Origin: Anaerolineae bacterium
Lineage (GTDB): Bacteria > Chloroflexota > Anaerolineae > Fen-1058
Reading direction: 5' to 3'
Assembly (NCBI GenBank): GCA_035292585.1
Contig: DATDPU010000148.1
Span: 4,097-68,096, forward strand
DNA: 64,000 nucleotides
Program-made: the position numbers and the translations under genes
Shown here: positions 44,909 through 53,707 of the stretch, in pieces
Position numbering within the stretch: the first letter of the stretch is position 1
Layout of the letters: each line of letters opens with the position of its first letter
Notes under the pieces: generated by a model
The model's database searches: none
Seen by the model: the letters and a program-made list of their open reading frames with translations, nothing else
What the model was told of the DNA's origin: nothing

Positions 44909-46386
44909 GTGGCCTCTGGTTCTAACGGCACGCGCGGCGGCGGCGTCCCATCCCAAGTATAGGGCAACGTGAAATTATAGGCGAAGCCGGCGGGCAGATT
45001 TTGCGCCCAGATCCGCCCGCCGTGGGCTTCGATGATGCCTTTGCAAATCGACAGCCCCAACCCGGTTCCCGTGACGCGGTCGCCGGGCGTCACCCGATAG
45101 AACTTATCGAAGATGTGTTCGAGATGTTCCTCAGGCACGGGCGGCCCCTGATTGTTCACTTGAATGAGAAGCAACTGCTCATCCAGCACCTGCGCCTGCA
45201 CCCGGATCACGCTGCCCAGCGGGGCATACTTCAGCGAATTGCTGATCAGGTTGGTGAACACCTGCTCCAGCTGCACATGATCGACCGGCGCCAGCGGTAG
45301 ATCGTCCGGCACGTTCGTCTCCAGCCGATGCCGTTCGGTGGCCCGGCGCATGCGGCGTAGGACTTCCGAGAGGATATCGGCCAGGATATCCCACTGGCGC
45401 TGCGGGTTCAGCGCGCCGGCTTCGATGCGCGACATATCCAGCAGGTTGCCGACCAGTTGATTCAGATAGTCCGTCTCTTCTTCCACTGCGGCGAGGAGTT
45501 CAGAGCGCGCGGCCGAATCCCAGCTGACCGCATCGCTGCGCAGGCTGGTAGCCGCGGCCTTGATCGTCGCCAGGGGGGTGCGCAATTCGTGCGATACCGA
45601 GGAGAGCAGCGCCGATTTCATGCGGTCGCTTTCTTCGAGAACCCCGGCGCGTTTCTCGGCCTGCGCCAGGCGGGCCCGCTCCAACGCCAGCGCAGCCTGA
45701 CTGGCGTACGTGCGCAGCAACCGTTCCTCGGCAGATGTGAACGGGCGCGCCTCGCGCCACACGCGCACGTCACCCTGGATGCCGCGCGCGGTTCGTAGCG
45801 CGAGGTGTTGATCTGGTTCACGGGCTGGCGCAGCTGTATCGGCAGGCAGCGCTTCCTCGAAAGCCGCTCCATCCGGTTGTGCTTCGACGGCCACTTCGAT
45901 GTGCGTGGGCTGGAATGACTCCAGCAGGTGCCGGACGAGGGTGTGGGCAATCGTGCGCTCGTCGTGCAACCCGGCCAAGGCGGTGCTCAGTTCGTATAGG
46001 CGCGTGGCCTCTTGTTCGCGCGCCGTCGCCGCAGCCATCCCGACCTCGGCTCGACTGAGCAACTGGCTGATGAGCACGGCGACGACGAAGAATACGATCA
46101 ACGCCAGCACGTCTTGGGTTTGATGAACTGCGAAAGTATAGTACGGCGTGATGAAGAAGAAGTTGAAGGCCAGGAAGGCGCTGAGCGCCAGCAAGATGCC
46201 CGGCGCCAGGCCCCACAGCGCCGTGCCGAGCACGACCAGGAGCAGATATAACAACACGATCACCGGGCTGTTGAGACTCTCGCGGAACAGCAGCAAAATC
46301 GCGGTGGTCAACGCCACGGCGAGGAGCGCCAGCACGTATGTGGCCGGTTTCGAAGCAGATAGATATCGGAAGATGCGCGCCCGCAT
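44905..46386 (-). CDS. Sensor histidine kinase corresponding to the C-terminal half of KdpD (DUF4118 TM + GAF-like + HisKA + HATPase)
   Basis: TM block LAFNFFFITPYYTFAVHQ, H-box SHELRTPLATI, N/G boxes NLISNSLKY and GTGLGLSICKGI. The KdpD N-terminal sensor/USP domains are absent. Confidence 0.8.
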   Translation of the reverse strand: MRARIFRYLSASKPATYVLALLAVALTTAILLLFRESLNSPVIVLLYLLLVVLGTALWGLAPGILLALSAFLAFNFFFITPYYTFAVHQTQDVLALIVFFVVAVLISQLLSRAEVGMAAATAREQEATRLYELSTALAGLHDERTIAHTLVRHLLESFQPTHIEVAVEAQPDGAAFEEALPADTAAPAREPDQHLALRTARGIQGDVRVWREARPFTSAEERLLRTYASQAALALERARLAQAEKRAGVLEESDRMKSALLSSVSHELRTPLATIKAAATSLRSDAVSWDSAARSELLAAVEEETDYLNQLVGNLLDMSRIEAGALNPQRQWDILADILSEVLRRMRRATERHRLETNVPDDLPLAPVDHVQLEQVFTNLISNSLKYAPLGSVIRVQAQVLDEQLLLIQVNNQGPPVPEEHLEHIFDKFYRVTPGDRVTGTGLGLSICKGIIEAHGGRIWAQNLPAGFAYNFTLPYTWDGTPPPRVPLEPEAT

Positions 46387-46397
46387 GAGAAACCTTT

Positions 46398-46488
46398 AGG
46401 ACTTACGCAGTTGGCGCGGCAGTTGCACTGCCGCCGCCTCATCTGCCGCAGTACAACTGCGGCAGCAACATGCAACTGCGTAAGTCCT
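46398..46488. repeat. 91-bp palindromic element GGACTTACGCAGTTG...CAACTGCGTAAGTCC (REP-A-related termini)
   Basis: 15-nt perfect inverted arms. The interior contains GGCAGTTGCACTGCC, a word also seen at 13395-13448 and 50260-50275. Confidence 0.7.
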
Positions 46489-46909
46489 GACCTTTTTGAT
46501 CGGCGAGCCAGCTACAAGCCTGTTGCCGCCGCACAACCCTCTTCGCTGCGCTCGTGGGCTGACACCCCTGCGGGGTGCGGGCCTGCGGCGGGAACGCTGA
46601 TGAGGTGTTCGCAGCGATTGATACGTCACCTAGAATATGGCTTAATTCCCGTCCGGTGACAAGTATGCCTCATTGGGCGAGTTTGGAAAAGTGGCGAACG
46701 TTTTCAGAAGAACTCTGATCCCAGGGTAATCGCATTTGAACTCGCTGGCGGTTGAAACCGCGCCTACAACCGCGCACAGCCGACCTTCGTCGGCTCAGCC
46801 ACAGTCGGCGCAGGCCGACTTCGGGCCTCGGTTGCAGCGACTTCCAGTCGCCGGAAACCCCAATGCGATTGCTATAACCCTGATCCTCAGGTACGCGACA
46901 AAACGAGGA

Positions 46910-48760
46910 ATGACGAATATACTTCTTAAGGTGGAATTTGTACCTCAGGAGAGCCACTTGAAGGATAATGCACTACCGCTCAATTTGAACCTGCTCCGAA
47001 ATCAAATCGACATCGCTCAAATCCCGTTCAGCGATCGCGGCTCGCGGCTGCTGGTCTACCAAACGCCTGGGATGAGCCGGCTGTTCATCAAGCTGGCCGA
47101 GCGCTTGATCGGGCTTGAGCCTGGGTTGGAAGCGTACCTGGGCCGCCCGCCGTTCATCCTCGATGTGTGCCTCGTCGACGAGCAGGGTGCGCCGCTCGAT
47201 TTCGAGATCGAGACCTACCCGCACGTTCTGTACTTCAGCACCCGCCTGGGCGACTTTGGGTTGGTCTTTCAGGATAAACACACGCTGGCGTTTGGGGTGC
47301 CGCCCCAAACCACGGCGGGCCTGCGTTTCCACGTGATGCCCCAGTTCTGGCGCGAAACCGAATCGGGTGGGGCGCTCAAATCGATCCGCAACCTGGCGTA
47401 CTCAACCAACGGCGAGGTTCGCTGCAATCGCATCACGCCGGAGGGCGGTGGGTACACGGTTGAGTTTATCGTCCAGGCCGGCGACGACAGCGCCATCACG
47501 CTGCACGTCCGCAATAGCGCCGATCTCTATCACGATGTCTTCCCCTTTTCCTCGTCGACCGAGGCCGCGCAAACGCGCTGGCAATCCTGGTTCGATCGGA
47601 TCCCGCCCGTCGCCGAGCGCTTCCGCCGGACGTATGCCTACGCCTGGTGGATCATGGCCAACAACCTCATCAGCCCACAAGGCAATGTGGCTTACGAAGC
47701 GATGATGCCCTCGAAGGTCAATTACGTGGGCCTGTGGTTGTGGGATAGCGCGATGCACGCGCTGGCGTATCGGCACATCGATCCCGATTTGGCGCGCAAC
47801 CAGATCCGCGCCATGCTGGCCTACCAGCTGCCCGGCGGCATGTTGCCCGATGCCGTGCACGACGAGGGCGTTGTGTCCGAGATCGATCACCCGATCCGCG
47901 CCGAGGTGACCAAACCGCCGATCTTGGCCTGGGCTGCGCTCAAGCTGCATGAGGCCGATCCCAATCTGGCGTTCTTACAGGAAATCTACGTGCCGTTGGT
48001 GCGCCTCAACTCCTGGTGGTTGGGCATGAATGACGATGATGCCGACGGCCTGGTGCAGTACAACCACCCCTATTCGTCCGGCCTGGACGATAGCCCGTTG
48101 TGGGACTATGGCATGCCGGTCGAGTCGCCCGATCTGAATACCTACTTGTGCGTGCAAATGGGCTCACTGGCGGTCATCGCCGACAGGCTCGGCTTAGAGG
48201 GCGAGAGCGCGATGTGGCGCAGGCGGGCGGCGGCCATCGTGCGCCGGATGATCGAGGATTTCTGGGACGAAGCGGCGGGTGTCTTTCGCGCGTTACACGA
48301 CGAGAAACCCATCCCCGTCATCACGCCCTTTAATCTTTATCCACTATGGACCGGCCAATTGCCGGAGCCGATCCGTGACCGGCTGATCGAGCATCTGCTA
48401 GACCCGAATATGTTTTGGGGCGATGTCGTCATCCCGACGGTCGCCCGCAACGATCCACATTTTGATCCCGACACGATGTGGCGCGGCCCGGTCTGGGCGA
48501 ACATCAACTACTTCTTCATCGAAGCGCTGCATCAAGTGGGTCAGCATCACCTGGCGCGCGAGCTGCGTGACAAGACGCTCGATCTGGTGAACCGCCATTC
48601 CAGCATTCATGAGTATTACAACGCGAACACGGGCGCACCCTCGGCCAAAGCGGCCAGCATCTTCGGCTGGACCGCCGCGGTGTTCATCGATCTGGCGATC
48701 CAGGCCAGCGCCGCAGAAGGCGCTTATCCGGTGGGGAGGGCTGATGATCGCATTGGATGA
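46910..48760 (+). CDS. (alpha/alpha)6-barrel glycoside hydrolase, GH63/MGH1-like (trehalase-fold)
   Basis: GLWLWDSAMHA, YQLPGGMLPD, SGLDDSPLWD, WRGPVWANINYF blocks. Start chosen at ATG 46910 (GAGG RBS), because the upstream part of the ORF lies in hairpin repeats. Confidence 0.7.
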   Translation: MTNILLKVEFVPQESHLKDNALPLNLNLLRNQIDIAQIPFSDRGSRLLVYQTPGMSRLFIKLAERLIGLEPGLEAYLGRPPFILDVCLVDEQGAPLDFEIETYPHVLYFSTRLGDFGLVFQDKHTLAFGVPPQTTAGLRFHVMPQFWRETESGGALKSIRNLAYSTNGEVRCNRITPEGGGYTVEFIVQAGDDSAITLHVRNSADLYHDVFPFSSSTEAAQTRWQSWFDRIPPVAERFRRTYAYAWWIMANNLISPQGNVAYEAMMPSKVNYVGLWLWDSAMHALAYRHIDPDLARNQIRAMLAYQLPGGMLPDAVHDEGVVSEIDHPIRAEVTKPPILAWAALKLHEADPNLAFLQEIYVPLVRLNSWWLGMNDDDADGLVQYNHPYSSGLDDSPLWDYGMPVESPDLNTYLCVQMGSLAVIADRLGLEGESAMWRRRAAAIVRRMIEDFWDEAAGVFRALHDEKPIPVITPFNLYPLWTGQLPEPIRDRLIEHLLDPNMFWGDVVIPTVARNDPHFDPDTMWRGPVWANINYFFIEALHQVGQHHLARELRDKTLDLVNRHSSIHEYYNANTGAPSAKAASIFGWTAAVFIDLAIQASAAEGAYPVGRADDRIG

Positions 48761-50255
48761 GGATCGAATTGACGAAAGTGCGCCGGCCGAACGGCTGGGC
48801 GAACGGACGCTCATCATCGCGGCCAATCGCGGCCCGGTCACTTTCGAAACAACCGAAACGGGCCGCCTCGTTTTTCAACGCGGAACCGGCGGCGTCGTGA
48901 CGGCGTTGACCGGACTGGCGAACTATCTGGATGCGATTTGGATTGCCTGTGCGCGCACCGAGGCCGATACCCTGTGGCGCGAGGGAACGGTGCCGCTCTC
49001 GACCAACGAGAGTAACTTGCGGGTCCACTTTCTCACGCCCGAGCCGCAGGCCTACGAACGCTACTACAACGTCATCGCCAATCCGTTATTGTGGTTCTTG
49101 CAACACCAGCTGTGGGACGTGCCGCGCGCGCCCATCATCGATCGTTCGACCTGGCAAGCCTGGGAAGAGGGTTATCAGGTCGTCAACCGGCTGTTTGCTG
49201 ATGCCATCGTGCGACAGGTCCGATCCGCCTCGCGCCGCGTTCTGGTCATGTTGCAAGACTATCATCTGTATCTGGCGCCGCGCGCGGTGTACGAGCAGCT
49301 GCCTCGGCGCCGGCGACCCACGCTCCTGCACTTTGTTCACATCCCGTGGGCCGGCCCGACCTACTGGCGCATCCTGCCCGGCGCGATGCGCCAGGCGATC
49401 CTGGACGGCCTGTGCGCCGTCGATCTGCTCGGCTTCCAAACGCGCGACGACGGGCTTAACTTCATTCGCACCTGCGAGTCCTTCCTGCCCGGTGCGCGCG
49501 TCAACTTCCGGCGCGGCCGGGTCTACTACCGCAATCACGTCACCCATGTGCGCGACTTTCCCATCTCGATCGATGTGGAAGCGCTGCGCCAGCAGGTTGC
49601 TTCCCGCGAGGTGGTCGAGTATCGGTACGAGATACGCGACATTGTCGGCGATCGCCAGTTCATCCTGCGAATCGATCGGATTGAGCCAAGCAAAAACATC
49701 ATTCGCGGTTTCCAGGCCTACCAGGAGATGCTCGAGCTGCACCCGGAGCATCGCGGGCAGGTAGAGTTTCTGGCGTTGCTGGTGCCCTCGCGCTTGGAGG
49801 TGAATGAATACCAGGATTACCTGGGCGAGCTGATGGCCGCCGCCGGTCGCGTCAATGCGCTGTACGGCGACAGCGATTGGGAACCGGTGCGGGTGCTCGT
49901 GGGCGAGAATTATCCACGCGCGCTCGCGGCGTTGCAACAGTACGATGTGCTGCTGGTCAACGCCATCGCCGATGGCATGAACTTGGTCGCTAAAGAGGGG
50001 CCGATCGTCAACCAGCGTGACGGCGCGCTCATCCTGTCCGAACGAACCGGCGCGCATCAGCAGTTGGAGCCGGGCGCAATCACGATCGCGCCGTGCGATG
50101 TGTATGCCACCGCCGAAGCGCTCCACCAGGCGCTGGTCATGTCGCCGGCGGAACGGCAGGCGCGCGCGGCGCAGCTGCGCGAGATCATCGAGCGTGAAGA
50201 CATCACCACCTGGATTACCCAACAGCTCCAGGCGGTAAAGGCCCTGGGTTTATAG
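48744..50255 (+). CDS. otsA: GT20 glycosyltransferase, trehalose-6-phosphate synthase-like (GgpS-type not excluded)
   Basis: IIAANRGPV, LQDYHLYLAP, FVHIPW, GFQT, RIDRIEPSKNI, NAIADGMNLVAKEG. The start overlaps the hydrolase 3' end by 17 nt (RBS GGGGAGGG). Confidence 0.8.
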   Translation: MIALDEDRIDESAPAERLGERTLIIAANRGPVTFETTETGRLVFQRGTGGVVTALTGLANYLDAIWIACARTEADTLWREGTVPLSTNESNLRVHFLTPEPQAYERYYNVIANPLLWFLQHQLWDVPRAPIIDRSTWQAWEEGYQVVNRLFADAIVRQVRSASRRVLVMLQDYHLYLAPRAVYEQLPRRRRPTLLHFVHIPWAGPTYWRILPGAMRQAILDGLCAVDLLGFQTRDDGLNFIRTCESFLPGARVNFRRGRVYYRNHVTHVRDFPISIDVEALRQQVASREVVEYRYEIRDIVGDRQFILRIDRIEPSKNIIRGFQAYQEMLELHPEHRGQVEFLALLVPSRLEVNEYQDYLGELMAAAGRVNALYGDSDWEPVRVLVGENYPRALAALQQYDVLLVNAIADGMNLVAKEGPIVNQRDGALILSERTGAHQQLEPGAITIAPCDVYATAEALHQALVMSPAERQARAAQLREIIEREDITTWITQQLQAVKALGL

Positions 50256-50405
50256 GGTTCTGGCAGCAGTTGCACTCTGTCGGTCTGGCCCCTACGACCT
50301 GCCCCCTGTAAGGGGTTCGCTCCGGGATGCTGCGCTAAGACCTGCGGCCAACATCGAAAGAGACCTGCCGTCATCGCACGCCAGCTTGGAGAGCTGAACA
50401 GCATA

Positions 50406-51668
50406 ATGAACCAGCCCCATACTGCCTTGCTGCATTACACCGCGCCGCCCGTCGTGGGCGGCGTCGAGGCTGTGATCCAGGCCCAGGCACGGGCCTTTCT
50501 GCATGCGGGATATCCCGTCAGCGTCATCACCGGCCGGGGCGATGCCTCAGTCCTACCGCCCGAAGCTGGATTCAACTTGATCCCAGAGCTGGATTCGCGC
50601 CATCCTGCTATCAGCGATATCCATTCGGCATTGGAGCAAGGCGGCGCGCCGCCGGGGTTCGACGAGATGGTGGCGCAGCTGCAGCGAGACTTGTCGCCGG
50701 TTTTGGCTCGATTCGACGCCGTCATCATTCACAACATCTTCACCAAGCACTTCAACCTGCCCTTGACGGCTGCGCTCCATAACCTGCTCGACCAGGGTAT
50801 CCTCCGGCGCTGTATCGCCTGGTGTCACGACTTCAGCTGGACCAGCCCGAACTCCCGCCCCAAACTTCACGCCGGACATCCGTGGGACCTTTTGCGGACG
50901 TATCGCTCGGATGTGATCTACGTCGTCGTGTCAGAAGAAAGACAACAGGTCCTGGCCGACCTGTTCAACTGCCCGCCGGAACGAATTCGCGTGATTTACA
51001 ACGGGGTCGATCCTGAAACGTTGTTAGGGCTATCTCCGGCGGGTCGTGCGCTGATCCAACGCCTGGGTCTCCTGGAGAGCGCGCTGGTGTTACTGATGCC
51101 GGTGCGCGTCACGCGGGCGAAGAACATCGAGTATGCGTTGCGCGTCGCCGCCGCCTTGAAGACGCGCGGTTGCCGCGCCAAGCTCATCGTGACCGGCCCG
51201 CCCGACCCGCACGACGCGCAGCGCATGCGCTATTTCCAATCGTTGCAAGGCTTGCGCCGAGAGCTGAATGTCGAACAGGAAGCCCGCTTCGTGTTTGAGG
51301 CTGGCCCGGACCCGGCTCAACCTTTCTATATCGATGAACAAGTCGTCGCCGAACTGTTCCGGGCCAGCGACGTGATGTTCATGCCCAGCCACCGCGAGGG
51401 CTTCGGGATGCCTGTGCTGGAAGCCGGGCTGATTGGCAGGCCGGTGGTATGCACCGACGTTCCGGCGGCGCGCGAGATCGGCGGCGCGGACGTTACCCTC
51501 TTCGACGCGGCCGAAGACCCCGCGCGCCTGGCCGATCGACTTCTGGAATGGGCCGAACATGATCGCCTGCATCGCTTGCGCCGTCGGGTGCAGCAAAACT
51601 ACACCTGGCAAGCGATCTTCCATCGCGACATCGAACCCTTGCTGAGGACTGATGGATCGATTGGATGA
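50406..51668 (+). CDS. Glycosyltransferase family 4
   Basis: GGVEAVI N-terminal motif and C-terminal PSHREGFGMPVLEAGLIGRPVVCTD (E-x7-E). Confidence 0.8.
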   Translation: MNQPHTALLHYTAPPVVGGVEAVIQAQARAFLHAGYPVSVITGRGDASVLPPEAGFNLIPELDSRHPAISDIHSALEQGGAPPGFDEMVAQLQRDLSPVLARFDAVIIHNIFTKHFNLPLTAALHNLLDQGILRRCIAWCHDFSWTSPNSRPKLHAGHPWDLLRTYRSDVIYVVVSEERQQVLADLFNCPPERIRVIYNGVDPETLLGLSPAGRALIQRLGLLESALVLLMPVRVTRAKNIEYALRVAAALKTRGCRAKLIVTGPPDPHDAQRMRYFQSLQGLRRELNVEQEARFVFEAGPDPAQPFYIDEQVVAELFRASDVMFMPSHREGFGMPVLEAGLIGRPVVCTDVPAAREIGGADVTLFDAAEDPARLADRLLEWAEHDRLHRLRRRVQQNYTWQAIFHRDIEPLLRTDGSIG

Positions 51669-52480
51669 GATGCACGCCTGAGCAGGTGCTGCAGCGGCTG
51701 ATCCAGGCCGAACGCCGTTGGCTGTTCCTGGACTACGATGGCACGCTCGACGAATTCGCGCCGACACCCGATCACGTCTTGCCCAACCCGGAAGTGATCG
51801 AGCTGGTCACCCGCCTATCGCGCTGCCCGCATACTCGCGTCGTCGTGCTCAGCGGGCGGCGACTCGGCCACGTCCTGTCGCTGTTGCCCGTGCCAGGTGT
51901 GCTCCTCGCCGGCGCCTACGGCATCGAGCTGCACTTACCGGATGGGGAGCGGCTGGCGCGAGCGACGTATGATGCCGTTCGGCCGGCGCTAGAGAACCTC
52001 AAACCGCGTTGGGCGCAGCTGATCGCCGGTCGGCAGGGTTTCAGCTTGGAAGACAAAATTTGGGCGCTGGCGCTGCATGCCCGTTTTGCCGAAGCGCGCG
52101 AAGCGGAAGCCGTGCTCAGTGTCGCACGCGCGGCGGCAACGGAAGCGCTGTCCGCCGGGCCATTTCGCCTGTTGGGCGGACACAGGTTCCTCGAAGTCGG
52201 GCCAAAACTCGCCCACAAGGGTGAGACGGTGCGCTATATCTTCGAGCGTTATCCCTGGCCGGGCGCGCTATCCGTTTATGTAGGCGATGACGATAAAGAC
52301 GAAGAGGCGTTTGAGGTGATCAAGGCGCACGGGGGCATACCGATCCTGGCGGCCAGCGAGCCGCGCGCGACACACGCCGATTGCCGGCTGGAGTCGCCCC
52401 AGCGTGTGCGCGAGTGGTTGAGCGTTCTGGTCGAGCACCTCGGCCCGAACGGCGACAGCGCCCCAAGTGAGCGCTGGTAG
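51665..52480 (+). CDS. otsB: HAD-IIB sugar-phosphate phosphatase, trehalose-phosphatase-like
   Basis: FLDYDGTL (motif I) and YVGDDDKDEEAF (motif IV). ATGA overlap with the upstream GT4. Confidence 0.8.
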   Translation: MRCTPEQVLQRLIQAERRWLFLDYDGTLDEFAPTPDHVLPNPEVIELVTRLSRCPHTRVVVLSGRRLGHVLSLLPVPGVLLAGAYGIELHLPDGERLARATYDAVRPALENLKPRWAQLIAGRQGFSLEDKIWALALHARFAEAREAEAVLSVARAAATEALSAGPFRLLGGHRFLEVGPKLAHKGETVRYIFERYPWPGALSVYVGDDDKDEEAFEVIKAHGGIPILAASEPRATHADCRLESPQRVREWLSVLVEHLGPNGDSAPSERW

Positions 52481-52573
52481 TGCAAGCGCTGATGCGCCCT
52501 CTCCCTCGAGGGAGACGATAGCACCCGTAGCGAAGCGGAGTGGTGGGGCTGGGGTGAGGGTGAAATCCAGCTC

Positions 52574-53488
52574 TTATGCCGGCGGGCCTTCGATCAAGTT
52601 TTTCGCCAGCGCGACCGCGCCTAGCACACCCGCACGATCCCGCAGGGTAGGGGGAACGATGTAGGAGTCGATGTGATCGATCATCTGAGGTGATTGAACG
52701 TATCCATTCAACAACTGCGGTATGTTTCGACGGATCAAAGGAAATAACTCGTCGCGCTGCATCACGCCGCCGCCCAGGACGATCCGCTGAGGCGAAAAAC
52801 TGAGAATCAGGTTGACCAGCGCCAGGGCGATGGTGTGCGCCTCTAATTCCCAGGCCGGGTGGTCGGCCGGTAAAGTTTCGGCGGGCTGGCCCCAGCGCTG
52901 TTGTAGAGCCGGGCCGGAAGCCAGTCCTTCAAAACAATCGCCGTGGAAAGGACAGCTGCCGGGGAAAGGATCGCGCTCCCGATCGTGCGGGATCAGCAAA
53001 TGACCTGCCTCTGGGTGAACCAGGCCGTGCAAGGGAGCTCCCTGACAGATGATGCCAACCCCGATGCCGGTCCCGATGGTCACGTAAATCGCCGGGTCCG
53101 AGTCCCGAGCCGCGCCCCAGCGATATTCGCCCAGCGCCGCCGCATTCACATCGGTATCGAATGCCAGCGGGACGCCAAGCGCCTGTTGCACACGACCGAG
53201 AATATCGGTGCTCGCCCAACCGGGTTTGGGCGTGGTGGTGATGAATCCGTACGTGGGCGAGTTCGGGGCCAGGTCGACCGGCCCGAAAGAACCCAGCCCG
53301 ATCGCGGCCAGGGGTGTCTCTTGGACGATCGGCTTGAAAAACGTCACTGCCCGATTGATCGTTTCGGCCGGATCGGTCGTCGGAAAACGGGTCTCGGCGC
53401 GTAGATCGTGCGGGCCGGCGGCGACAGCGCACACAAATTTCGTGCCGCCCGCCTCGATCCCCCCGTAAAGGTTCATCGCCTTTTGCAT
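52574..53488 (-). CDS. ROK-family sugar kinase (fructokinase/glucokinase type)
   Basis: [15 protein letters not shown] and zinc motif HPEAGH...[14 protein letters not shown]. Alternative starts are GTG 53497 and ATG 53476. Confidence 0.85.
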   Translation of the reverse strand: MQKAMNLYGGIEAGGTKFVCAVAAGPHDLRAETRFPTTDPAETINRAVTFFKPIVQETPLAAIGLGSFGPVDLAPNSPTYGFITTTPKPGWASTDILGRVQQALGVPLAFDTDVNAAALGEYRWGAARDSDPAIYVTIGTGIGVGIICQGAPLHGLVHPEAGHLLIPHDRERDPFPGSCPFHGDCFEGLASGPALQQRWGQPAETLPADHPAWELEAHTIALALVNLILSFSPQRIVLGGGVMQRDELFPLIRRNIPQLLNGYVQSPQMIDHIDSYIVPPTLRDRAGVLGAVALAKNLIEGPPA

Positions 53489-53490
53489 CT

Positions 53491-53620
53491 CACTCACTCA
53501 CCTTACGCAGTTTGCTCCCCGACCGCGTCCCACACGCCGGCGGTCGGGTGAAGGGCTGGAAACGCCCGCGCGGACGCGGGCTTAGAGCGAGGTTGAACGG
53601 CGGCTGCGTAAGGTGAGTCA
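53491..53620 (-). repeat. REP-A element, intermediate (~130-bp) variant, inverted
   Basis: Its reverse complement matches the 2648-2826 termini and the GCCCGCGTCCGCGCGGGC hairpin core. Its end overlaps the 5' region of the ROK gene. Confidence 0.75.
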
Positions 53621-53661
53621 CTCATGCGTAGGTAGTATAGCATGGATGGAAAGAGCAAAGG

Positions 53662-53691
53662 CCTCCGAGGTCTGTGTAGAGACTTCGGAGG
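53662..53691 (-). terminator. 12-bp stem hairpin (CCTCCGARGTCT / AGACYTCGGAGG) downstream of crtI
   Basis: Lies 17 nt past the crtI stop on the minus strand and is followed by a T-rich stretch (CCTTTGCTCTTTCC). Confidence 0.5.
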
Positions 53692-53707
53692 TCCTGAGCG
53701 AGGTGAA

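Noticed and set aside
46736-46909. 5' extension of the GH63-like ORF (MNSLAVETAPTTAHSRPSSAQPQSAQADFGPRLQ...).
   Set aside because: The region consists of stacked hairpin repeats and the peptide is low-complexity. An internal ATG at 46910 with a GAGG RBS precedes the conserved part.
52500-52560. Palindrome TCTCCCTCGAGGGAGA followed by GGGGCTGGGGTGAGGGTGA between the convergent otsB-like and ROK genes.
   Set aside because: Probably another REP-type or terminator-like element, but it occurs as a single copy in this window with no T-run. Noted, but not called as a feature.
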